DNA from: a virus
Direction: 5' to 3' (one strand)
Virus record (IMG/VR): IMGVR_UViG_3300042261_002391
Span: 1-64,000 of that record
DNA length: 64,000 nt
Shown here one piece after another: positions 44,477 to 53,775 of this stretch; within the stretch, counting starts at the first letter, position 1, and every line of letters begins with the position of its first letter. The notes under the pieces are model-generated. The model searched no databases. It was not told the DNA's origin and saw only the letters and a program-made list of their open reading frames with translations. Made by a program: the position numbers and the translations under genes.

Positions 44477-45010
44477 TTAATTAACTAATTTTAATTTATC
44501 AATTCCTGATTTATTCCATATGCAACCAGAAGGTATATCCCAGAAATATAACCATGAATAATAATTATCGAGAGCGTTATTCATAGCATATTTATTAAAT
44601 AGCTCTATATAATTAACTATTTCAATACCAGCATAATCTTGTGTAACTTTAATCCAATCAATACCAGGACTTATTGGCTTAATTTTTCTTGATGTATCGA
44701 ATCCTTGATGATATTTTTTAGTAAATTCAATAAAATCTTCATTATTTTTAATTGAAAATACTTTATTATTTGGGAAAACTTCATAGATATATTTTGCATC
44801 ATTTGGTCTATGTCTTTGCGTAATATTAATCCATTTAGTCCCAATTGCATACCAAAACCCTGATGGTTTCATAGTACGTTCATAAGTAATTATTTGTGAT
44901 TTATCAAATACAGAATCAATTTTATTTGGTGATGTATGATATCTACCATCAGGGTTTAACTCTGAATTAAAATTATCTATTTCTTCTTTTATATATTTCA
45001 TTAGTTTCAT
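44477..45010 (-). CDS. Possible ART-fold protein with IKEE N-terminus
   Basis: YHTS...KPSGFWY...YIYEV...YAGIEI...WDIPSGCIW; GTATTTAT upstream. Confidence 0.45.
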   Translation of the reverse strand: MKLMKYIKEEIDNFNSELNPDGRYHTSPNKIDSVFDKSQIITYERTMKPSGFWYAIGTKWINITQRHRPNDAKYIYEVFPNNKVFSIKNNEDFIEFTKKYHQGFDTSRKIKPISPGIDWIKVTQDYAGIEIVNYIELFNKYAMNNALDNYYSWLYFWDIPSGCIWNKSGIDKLKLVN

Positions 45011-45091
45011 AACTTAATTTAATTTTAGATACAATTAACGTGTTTTTCACATAAATACAATAATAATAAAAAAAGCCAGTTTTCACTGGCT

Positions 45092-45721
45092 TTATATTTC
45101 AACTACGATAGGCTCGTATATTGGTACGTAATTATCGTTGAGCAATGCTGCATTAATAAATTTAATACCATCAATTTCACAAATCCCATGACTTTCATGT
45201 AAATGACCAAAACAATGAATCTTAGGTTTTACTCTTTCAAGTACTTCAGTACGTAAAGATTCACTACCTTCATTACTTTTCTTATGCGGTATGTAGTCAA
45301 GAATTTGATGTGGTGGAGTATGTGTTATTAACACATCAGTCTTATCAGGAATCATTTCCCAATATTGTTTTAGTATCTCTTCAGGACGATTAAATGCCCA
45401 ATCATAAAAGGGTTTAGATACTGGTGTTCCATAGAAATACAAACCATCAAGTTCAATACCATCATCTTCCAAATAAAATACATTACTCGGCACTAAACTT
45501 TTTGCTAAATGTGGATTGGTTTCAAATAGAAAATCATGATTTCCGGCAATACAAATTCGATATTTATATTGATTCAAGCTAGAAAACCATTTAAAAAAAT
45601 TAGTCAATTCATGGACACGACCGAGCGGTGTCATATCACCACAATGGATAATTGCATCAGCTTGTGGAAGCACGAATTTTTTATGTAAATTATGAGTATC
45701 AGATATTATACAGATTTTCAT
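45092..45721 (-). CDS. Calcineurin-like metallophosphoesterase (MPPED/239FB-like)
   Basis: ISDTH, HCGD, AGNHD, ITHTPP and FGHLHE motifs. Confidence 0.92.
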   Translation of the reverse strand: MKICIISDTHNLHKKFVLPQADAIIHCGDMTPLGRVHELTNFFKWFSSLNQYKYRICIAGNHDFLFETNPHLAKSLVPSNVFYLEDDGIELDGLYFYGTPVSKPFYDWAFNRPEEILKQYWEMIPDKTDVLITHTPPHQILDYIPHKKSNEGSESLRTEVLERVKPKIHCFGHLHESHGICEIDGIKFINAALLNDNYVPIYEPIVVEI

Positions 45722-46423
45722 TTAGTGTTTTTATTAAATTTTTTTAACTCAAGCAACAAGACATCGATACTAATTTCAATGTCACTAAAAACTCTTGAAT
45801 TAAACAAGTATTCTATTTTATCTTCACAATAGTAATTTAATTCAAAATTATAAAAAGTATTTCCGACGCTATACCAAATTGAATTAATATATATGTCATA
45901 TGTATTTCCTTTGCTTATTATTTTTTCTGGTAAACCATCAAATTTTTCAATAATTTCACCACCAACATTATTTTTAATTAAAAAAACCTTAAATGATTCT
46001 TTATTGTATTGAGTCGGATACACTCCCATATAGAAATTAAGTTATTTACTTATTATTTTTTCATATATGGCATCGATTCTTTTATTGCTATCATTGATTC
46101 TATTATCTATTTTATCCAAACGACTGTTCATTTCATTCTCTAAATCAATAATAGCGTTTTTATTCTCGACACCGTTTTTTTCAATATCATTGATTTTATT
46201 GATTGCAATAACTTTAAATTCACCAATAATGAATGCAGCAATAATTGCAAATATTGCTATTCTCAAAATCCATTTGATAATGATTTTTGTTTTACTTGGC
46301 TTAATTACAACATCTTCAACAATATCATCTAAGATATTACTCATATATTTAAAATTATTTCACATATAAATACATCAATATGAGATAAGAACAGTATAAT
46401 ACGTGTTAAATAGTGTTGATTTT

Positions 46424-47320
46424 TTACGTTAATAATGGGATTTCTTTCAATGAATCTAAACGCATGTGACCAACACCATATTTAGTATTCCAGCTATTTG
46501 TAAATAAATAAGTGAAAATCCCGGCATTATTTAGTTCAACAAAATTTTCGAATCTGTCATCAACAAAAATTTCAATGCCTGCTTGTTTTGCTGCATCAAC
46601 CTTACTTTCCATAATATCAAGACTATAGACTGGTTTTTTCGGATAATTATGTTTATCCAACCATTGTTCAGTAATTTCTTTCTTAACTGGTCTTGATGTT
46701 ATGTAGCAATGAGGTTCGAATGGCAATTCTTCAGCCAAGACCAACGGTTTTAAATTAAGATAAAACTCATCGAGTGTATTGGCATTACGCATAGCCTCAA
46801 ATCTTTTGGTAATTTTTCTATCAAGAAAGAACGAATTTGGCGTTGAGCTAATTTCAGGATACAATTCATGCCATCCACCAGTAAAATCAGCTAATACACC
46901 ATCAATGTCCAATCCGATTTTAGGCATTTTCAAAAATCTTTTTGGTCTATCATCCCCTTGTGGAAATGTGTAATAAAAGGCATTTAAAAAATGTACGTTG
47001 CATGCTGCATGTGCAATGTGTAAGCAACCTGTTTCCGGGTCATAATCTTCGCCAGCTTCCATCGCAGCCACATGTCGTTTTAATGAAGCAATTACTGAAG
47101 TCCAACTAAAACCATTTTCCCAATTCCGGTCATAATATTTGTTTGCCCCAATTGTTAGTACTTCAACAAAATCACGAAAAGCACGAGGTTCTACCAAGTC
47201 ATATCTTAATTTACCTTGATTGAATCTAAGTCCACCGCCTTTGCTGGTGACAGCATTAATATCTTTACCATCAGCCAATAATTTTTCTTTAATATTTTCT
47301 TCCATTTTTTTATTATTCAA
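46424..47320 (-). CDS. DUF5664 dATP/dGTP diphosphohydrolase fused to a HAD 5'-nucleotidase-like domain
   Basis: GKLRYDL...GANKY..RNW...SLKRH...DPETGCLHIAHAACN followed by IGLDIDGVLADF...FVDD. Confidence 0.85.
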   Translation of the reverse strand: MNNKKMEENIKEKLLADGKDINAVTSKGGGLRFNQGKLRYDLVEPRAFRDFVEVLTIGANKYYDRNWENGFSWTSVIASLKRHVAAMEAGEDYDPETGCLHIAHAACNVHFLNAFYYTFPQGDDRPKRFLKMPKIGLDIDGVLADFTGGWHELYPEISSTPNSFFLDRKITKRFEAMRNANTLDEFYLNLKPLVLAEELPFEPHCYITSRPVKKEITEQWLDKHNYPKKPVYSLDIMESKVDAAKQAGIEIFVDDRFENFVELNNAGIFTYLFTNSWNTKYGVGHMRLDSLKEIPLLT

Positions 47321-47675
47321 ATATTTTTACGCCGAACAACTCTTGAAGTTCTCTTAATGGAGCTTCATATGTTTGAGTTTCTGTTTTAATATAGTCAGCA
47401 ATTGAATATACTTCCAATTCAGTAATTTCCATCTGACAATCTTCAATAGTTTGTAATTTTTCAGGTCTTGATTTTTTACGAATACTTGTTACATAAGTAA
47501 AAATTGCACGTAAATGTCCCGGTGGTAGGTCTGGATGTGAGGCAATACGTAACGAACCATACGATTTATCAGTATCGCTATTACGTAATACCCAACGTGC
47601 ATCAACACGTAATTCACTAACAAAACCCCTGACTCTATCCCAATAGGTGTTGTTTAAATCAATATCTTCCATTTA

Positions 47676-47945
47676 TTATTTTATTACCCTTTCAGGACAA
47701 CCATGAATTTCCATTGCTCTAACGCCCAAAGCAGTTACTTTTCGTATTTCGGCAAGAGCTTCTTCATCATTCAAATAATATACAGAATTTTTTGCTTTTT
47801 GTAAATGAAATTCCATATAGTTAATCCATTCAGCAATCGATTTTTCTTCATCTGGAATACCTATTGCTTCCCTTCGTGGTGTCCACGTTGCATCTTGATA
47901 GTCTCTTTCGCCATCAATACGCTTATATACTTCCTGTCTTTCCAT
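47676..47945 (-). CDS. MazG-like all-alpha protein
   Basis: ERDYQD..W...EW...AEIRKVTALGVRAME. Confidence 0.45.
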   Translation of the reverse strand: MERQEVYKRIDGERDYQDATWTPRREAIGIPDEEKSIAEWINYMEFHLQKAKNSVYYLNDEEALAEIRKVTALGVRAMEIHGCPERVIK

Positions 47946-48423
47946 TATTTTTTACGATTATTCTTACGTGATTGTTTCTGCATTTTGTTACGATTTTGAC
48001 GTTTCTTTTTGTACGCAGCATCGAATTGATTAACAGTAACATTTCCCCGGTGAACAATTGGTTTGAATTTAATTTTCGATTGTTTCAACTGTTCAATCAA
48101 AAATTCACGTTTCTGTTCTTCAGTGAGTTCTAATAGTTCTTCAGCATCAGGTACTAATTCAAATTCCGGTGAGGAAATAAAACCGTCAGCTAATTCGTTT
48201 TTTAATTCATCAACAACAGGAGCATTACTTAATACATCCTGCAAATCATCTTTTTCTCGCATATTGTAATAATTTTTAATGTCATCTAAAGTTAACTCAA
48301 TATCTGGATATACCACCTGTTCAATGTCTCGTTTACCTTTAGTCATGTAATTTATTTTTGTGTAAAAATATAAAATGTTTTTTTTATATACAAGAAAAAA
48401 GGGAGCATTGCCCCCTTTTTTAT

Positions 48424-48867
48424 TTACTTCTTGTAAAAATCACCCTTTTCGGCTTTATACACATCATATGCATCGATTGCTATTTTACGTGCTGCTATAT
48501 ATTTTTTACGTGCTTCTTGAATTTTTTCTTCCTTAAGACTTATTTTTACTGATGGTGCTGGACTTTTAAAATCCTTATACACCTCACGTTGCAAGAAGTG
48601 AAAGAAACGATTAATTGTACGCAATGTTTGTTTATTAACACAACTATTGATATTATTCTTCAATTTCTTTCTTTGGTTGAGAGATAAGTTTGTAATCATT
48701 AATGATAAAATGTTTTCATTAATGTTGAAGTTATTCAATCTCCAATTTTCAATTGCAATTTTTTCATTGATTTTTTGTACTGCGGTGTTTACACCTTTTA
48801 CTAACTCGTTTACGCTTCTGTGATTTAATACGTTATTTTCTTTTACTAAAGTTTCCATAATATACAT
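48424..48867 (-). CDS. Basic hypothetical protein downstream of the amber leader
   Basis: 147 aa; structured 5' UTR. Confidence 0.75.
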   Translation of the reverse strand: MYIMETLVKENNVLNHRSVNELVKGVNTAVQKINEKIAIENWRLNNFNINENILSLMITNLSLNQRKKLKNNINSCVNKQTLRTINRFFHFLQREVYKDFKSPAPSVKISLKEEKIQEARKKYIAARKIAIDAYDVYKAEKGDFYKK

Positions 48868-48969
48868 TTTTTATTTTTGATTATAATTTATTGAACAATA
48901 ATAATATTCCAAATTCCGATATGGAATATTTGCGATTCTCAAATCACGAATCTGGTTATAATCAAACTA

Positions 48970-49005
48970 TTATGGAGGTCTGTTGATAATCTATGTGTCT
49001 TTCAT
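48970..49005 (-). CDS. Amber-interrupted leader peptide MKDT(TAG)IINRPP
   Basis: ATG AAA GAC ACA TAG ATT ATC AAC AGA CCT CCA TAA, followed by an 11-bp inverted repeat 48956-48966/48876-48886. Confidence 0.65.
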
Positions 49006-49009
49006 ACTT

Positions 49010-49348
49010 TTAATTTTTTAATGCTAAATCTAATGATTGAGTAATTTTACGCATCTCCGGAGTACCGTAGAAGCATACAGAGGTCATTTGGTTGTCGATG
49101 TCAGGTTCGTGGAACGAAATAACATCAGCACCATTAGAAACTAATTTTGAATAAAGTTTTTGGAGTTCATCTTCATTATTAATTTCAAGTACGATAATGT
49201 AATTAGAAGCTTCATACCATCTATTAAACAATTTATTATTTTTTATCGAAAAATCAGCAATGGCATGATTTGATTGTGCAATCATTAATCCATTACTTAA
49301 ATCATTTCTAACAACAATAACTAATTTATCAATCTACTTATCTTTCAT
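49010..49348 (-). CDS. Pth2-type peptidyl-tRNA hydrolase with in-frame TAG at codon 5
   Basis: MKDK(TAG)IDKLVIVVRNDLSNGLMIAQSNHA...FHEPDIDNQMT; the conserved KLVIVVRxDL strand lies upstream of the called ATG at 49285. Confidence 0.85.
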
Positions 49349-50251
49349 AACTAAACAATTTAATTTATTAATAATATTTTCGTTATATTTTATTCTAATC
49401 ATTCTTATTTTATTTTCAAAGCAATAGTTGTTTTTTATTAAGTCCCTTCTTTTAATGTTTAAAAATTCTGACTTCCCGCCAAATGCATCAATTGGCTTAT
49501 AATGTTGAATTCCATCAAATTCAATGACAATATTTAAATCAGGTAAATAAAAATCAAATCTAAGATTACCATTATCGATACAATTATCAAATGATTTTTC
49601 TCTTATATAGAGTATATTTTCATTGTTTAAAAATTCAGCAATAATAGATTCTCCTTTTGATTCATTACATATTGGACATCCAATTCCTCTCATGTGATGT
49701 ACTGGTGCTTGTTGAAACATACCGTGATTAGGACATATTATTGTAACTTTGGTTTTATTGTTAATATAATTAACCAATGAATAGTCATACTTTCTATTAT
49801 GAATATTATTCGATGTTTCAATAAATTCTTCCTGAGATAATTTAAGTTTATTAGCCTTATATTCAATTGCGCATTTAGGACAGCCTGACTTTTTTAAAAT
49901 GTGACTTTTAGGCGTTTGTTGAAATATACCGTGTTTTTTACACTGAATTTTTATTTTGGTATAATAATTTACATAATCAACCAATGTATAATCATACGTA
50001 TCGCCATGTATCTCGACACATTTAGCAATAATATCTAATGTGGTATGCCTATTTTTTTGCAAAATTTTAGTATACCCACATTTTTTACAACCTTGACCAG
50101 CTATATGATTTTTAGGCGTTTGAAAAAAATCGCCATGAATTGGACACGTGATAATTATTTTTGTAGTGTTATTAATATATTCGACTTTATTATAGTCATA
50201 CTTATCACCATGTTTTTTTATTGCATTAAGTATAAATTTACTAGTATTCAT
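49334..50251 (-). CDS. Homing endonuclease with three DUF723-like Cys/His repeats and a C-terminal Vsr/DUF559-like PD-(D/E)xK domain
   Basis: HGDKYDY...ICPxHGxFxQ..H..GxGCxxC x3; RFDFYLPDLNIVIEFDGIQH; GTATTTATA at 50264-50272. Confidence 0.85.
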   Translation of the reverse strand: MNTSKFILNAIKKHGDKYDYNKVEYINNTTKIIITCPIHGDFFQTPKNHIAGQGCKKCGYTKILQKNRHTTLDIIAKCVEIHGDTYDYTLVDYVNYYTKIKIQCKKHGIFQQTPKSHILKKSGCPKCAIEYKANKLKLSQEEFIETSNNIHNRKYDYSLVNYINNKTKVTIICPNHGMFQQAPVHHMRGIGCPICNESKGESIIAEFLNNENILYIREKSFDNCIDNGNLRFDFYLPDLNIVIEFDGIQHYKPIDAFGGKSEFLNIKRRDLIKNNYCFENKIRMIRIKYNENIINKLNCLVMKDK

Positions 50252-50290
50252 AATATCGTTTACTATAAATACTAAGTATTTGTCTAAAAG

Positions 50291-50353
50291 ATAACCAGCT
50301 TTTAAATCCTTTCTGGTAATCGTAACTAATTTAACCTAGTGTGTGTGTCTCAT
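50291..50353 (-). pseudogene. Displaced Pth2 N-terminus MRHTH(TAG)VKLVTITRKDLKAGY
   Basis: Matches the Pth2 N-terminal motif; frame continues without stops into the endonuclease ATG at 50251. Confidence 0.7.
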
Positions 50354-50440
50354 AACTTTTAGAGTTTAATTATAAATACTATTGAATTGCAAATGTAATG
50401 AATAATTTTTAATATACAAGCAATTTCAAATAAATTTTTG

Positions 50441-50514
50441 AGATTCTAGTGGGATTCGAACCCACGATTTTCAAGTTTTAGAGACCTGTGCAATAACCAC
50501 TCTGCCATAGAACC
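50441..50514 (-). tRNA. Amber suppressor tRNA(CTA)
   Basis: GGTTCTA/TAGAATC acceptor, anticodon arm CAGGT-CTCTAAA-ACTTG, T arm GTGGG-TTCGAAT-CCCAC, U73. Confidence 0.9.
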
Positions 50515-51505
50515 ATTTAATTATTAATCAACTACGATTTCAAAATCGACATCTTTTTCACTTGAGCTGCAGTAAAATCTAAAGCTATAACCCTTATCTT
50601 TACAGGCAGCAATTAATCTGTGAGCAAATTCTTCACCACCACCATCATTTTCAGGCATTAATACCTCAATATCGTCAATTATAATCGTCTTGAATGGCGG
50701 TTCTTTAATACTATCATCATATCTTGCAATGACGCATTTTTTAATAACTTCTTCTTTAACTGTAACATCATTAAGAAGATTAAATTTATTTAAAACACTT
50801 CTCACGTTTTTATGAAATGTATTGCCATTACGAAAACTTACTGATGTTTCAGTGGGTAACACACCTAATTTACCTTCTTTATTCAGAATTGAATTTGCAG
50901 TTCCCAATGCTTTCTCTAAACGAACTACATATTCAGCTATATTGTAGATTTTATTATTCCTATTAATCTTCATTGTCTTCAAATTTAAACATTTTTTTTC
51001 GTATTATCTCGTAGTTTTTAAAGCATAAGCACATTGTTTTAAACTCTTTGCCTTCTTTAGCTACTTGATAAATATATTTTTCACCTTCTTTAATTGTTAT
51101 CTGCAAACCATTATCAATTCCCCAATCTTTTCTTTCTTCCGGGGTACTATGACTCATTATATAAACATAGCCATCACATAAACGTTCGAATTTAGATATT
51201 GGATATGTTCGTTTTAATAATTCAAAGTTTTGCATAGAACTACATTTATATACGAAACAGATTGAAAAAGGTTACAAAATATCTTTAATAATTTCATCAA
51301 ACTCTTCTGCGGTCATACTTACTTCCATTCTAAGCTCAGAAATCTTTCTTATAGCAAACACTGCTTCGCCATAAGCATCTTCATAAATAACAAATAATTG
51401 ATTGTCGTATTCGCCGGAAAATGGCTTCAACAAAGTCATTGCTGAATCTTCGTCGTAAATTGTAATTGCTTTTCTTTTATTTGACATGTTGAGTAAATTT
51501 TTTTG

Positions 51506-51591
51506 TAGCGGATACAGGATTCGAACCTGTGACTCCTTTTGGGAGTTCTGGCTTATGAGACCAGCGAGATAGTCCACTTCTCTAATCCACA
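51506..51591 (-). tRNA. tRNA(CAT), initiator-like Met, with long variable arm
   Basis: Loop CTCATAA; 1:72 mismatch; extra hairpin ACTCC-CAAAA-GGAGT. Confidence 0.85.
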
Positions 51592-51596
51592 ATGTG

Positions 51597-51688
51597 CGGA
51601 AGGTGAGGGATTCGAACCCTCGGTGCGGAGGTTCTCTCCGCACGGTAGTTTAGCAAACTACTGATTTAAGCCACTCATCCAACCTTCC
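51597..51688 (-). tRNA. tRNA-Ser(GCT)
   Basis: Loop TTGCTAA, long variable arm, G73. Confidence 0.95.
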
Positions 51689-52303
51689 TTAATTAATAAC
51701 AATATCCTTATCTGAAAAAGCTTCGCATATTTCAGTATTTGGTTTAATCCATGCTTCACCACATTCAAGCAAATATCTTGGATATAAATGCTCTTTAGCA
51801 AATTTCCTAATATGCTCACAATCTTGAAGCGATAATAACAATACCTTTTCAAGCCGTTCTGCATTATTTGCAGCCAATGCTTCGCTAACTATACTCATAC
51901 TTACTGAACATTAAAGTTTTTCAATATAAATGGATTTGGTTTACCTTTACATTCCGATAAATACCAAGGCAACAACTTTCTTCTCGCAAATGCACTAACA
52001 GCACTTCTAATATCACTCCAATCTGAACCGTTCATTGCATCAAGAATAAGCCTTTCCAAGATTTGAGATGTTTCATATTGTACTTCAGATTTGCTTGCTT
52101 TAATTGTATTTTCAACTAATGTCTGTTCATAGGCTTCTTCAAGAGTATCGCCCGGATAATACCAATGTGGACATAAATGAGCTTCAATACCAAGTGTTTC
52201 GGCTTCATGCTCCCATTCAGGTTTTTCCCACCTATTTGTACGTTTATTTAAACACCAACCATTTTCGATTAGATATTGTTCTCTTTCAAGATTTGTTTTC
52301 ATA

Positions 52304-52528
52304 TTATTCAACTTTTACGTGTTTCAATGAATCACATGGAACACAAGTTATCGATGAATATGAACCGCCTTGTGTGCTAACGCTATTAACAACAGCATAG
52401 CATAAGCCAGTCCGTTCATCTTTAAAATATGTCAAATTTTTCTTAACCTGTTTAATATCTGTTTCTTCACTCATTTGACATGAGGCAACAAAAAATACCA
52501 ATAATAACAATGCAATCTTTTTCATACC
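52304..52528 (-). CDS. Small lipoprotein
   Basis: MKKIALLLLVFFVASC lipobox. Confidence 0.65.
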   Translation of the reverse strand, partial: GMKKIALLLLVFFVASCQMSEETDIKQVKKNLTYFKDERTGLCYAVVNSVSTQGGSYSSITCVPCDSLKHVKVE

Positions 52529-52565
52529 ATTCTTTTTGCAATTATACGAAAACAATTTGAAATTG

Positions 52566-53261
52566 TTACAACTTTTTCAATAAATTTTTATTTTCATTTC
52601 TTTTTTCTCTTCTTTTAGTTCTCCCGTTACCCTTATTTAATGCACCATATGTCGGTGTTAATGAATGGCAATTAGGACATAATAATTCTAAATTATTCAA
52701 GCTATTATTGTCAGAATTTCCATCTTTATGTTCTAATTGTATTGGTACTAATCCAGTAGTTTGATTAATTTCATGCCATCCACACTTCATACATTTATCA
52801 CCACATTTAAATATTAAATATTTTTTATATGTATCTGAGCTATATGTTGTGTTACCCGATTCGATATTATTGAAAATTAAATTTTGTTTATATGTATTAC
52901 TACATTCAACAGAACAAAATTTATTTTGATTACTGTTTAAATCATTTCCACAATTTAAACATTTTTTTAGCTTTACAAAATTGCTCACTCTTTTAGGATA
53001 TTTTCTATTATTATATTTAGCACTACACGACCTACAACAAAATTTTCTACTATCATTAATCATTCCGATAAATTCGCCACCACAATTTAAGCAAACAATC
53101 TTTTCACGTATATTAGATGTATTTTGTTTATATCCTAATTTATTTAATTTAACTTGAACGCTCCTAAAACTACGATTTAATTCTTTAGCGATTCCTTCAA
53201 GTCTCATACCTGATTTATTCAAAAAAACAGCTTTTTCAATATCTTCTTTCGACCATTTCAT
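52566..53261 (-). CDS. HNH homing endonuclease with HTH and zinc-finger N-terminus
   Basis: CMKCG...LEHKDGNSDNNSLNNLELLCPNCH. Confidence 0.9.
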   Translation of the reverse strand: MKWSKEDIEKAVFLNKSGMRLEGIAKELNRSFRSVQVKLNKLGYKQNTSNIREKIVCLNCGGEFIGMINDSRKFCCRSCSAKYNNRKYPKRVSNFVKLKKCLNCGNDLNSNQNKFCSVECSNTYKQNLIFNNIESGNTTYSSDTYKKYLIFKCGDKCMKCGWHEINQTTGLVPIQLEHKDGNSDNNSLNNLELLCPNCHSLTPTYGALNKGNGRTKRREKRNENKNLLKKL

Positions 53262-53319
53262 AATATATAATTTATTATAAATACTATAAAATGCGAAAAA
53301 AGATTTTCGAAACTAATTG

Positions 53320-53393
53320 TGCGGGTAAAGGGAGTCGAACCCTCTCTATTTCTGCTTGGCAAGCAGATGCACCACCAACTATGCGTCACCCGC
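53320..53393 (-). tRNA. tRNA-Gly(GCC)
   Basis: TCTGC-TTGCCAA-GCAGA. Confidence 0.92.
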
Positions 53394-53695
53394 AAATTAG
53401 CAGGAATTACTTCCTGCAATTTTTTTTAAGGCATGAGCCTAAATGTTAGCTTATTTCTAAGTTTTGGATTGCCAACCCAATACACATATTCTTCAGCTTT
53501 TTCATAAGCATAGAATTGGGAAATAGCTTTAACATAGAACGTTAGAACTTCACCACTCGTAAGCGTGAATTCTACCAACCAATATTTCATTGGTTGTTTT
53601 TCGATAACCTTTTTTGAATTCTTCATTCTTGCAATTTATCAGATAATCTGATAAACTACGAACTGTTAACTTTTCTCATACTCATTATTACATTG

Positions 53696-53771
53696 AACGT
53701 CTGGAGGGATTCGAACCCTCATGTATCCAATTACACTTCTCTACGTTCGTAGCGTAGCGTGATACAGACGC
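53696..53771 (-). tRNA. Atypical tRNA-Arg(ACG) lacking a D arm, with a D-loop-like hairpin in the variable position
   Basis: GCGTCTG-TATCACG-CTACG CTACGAA CGTAG-AGAA-GTGTA ATTGGA TACAT-GAGGG TTCGAAT CCCTC-CAGACGT. Confidence 0.75.
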
Positions 53772-53775
53772 ATGT

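Noticed and set aside
51272-51864. Long forms of ORFs 51272..51643 and 51658..51864
   Set aside because: They run through tRNA-Met and tRNA-Ser; the real gene likely starts at MSNKRK (51487).
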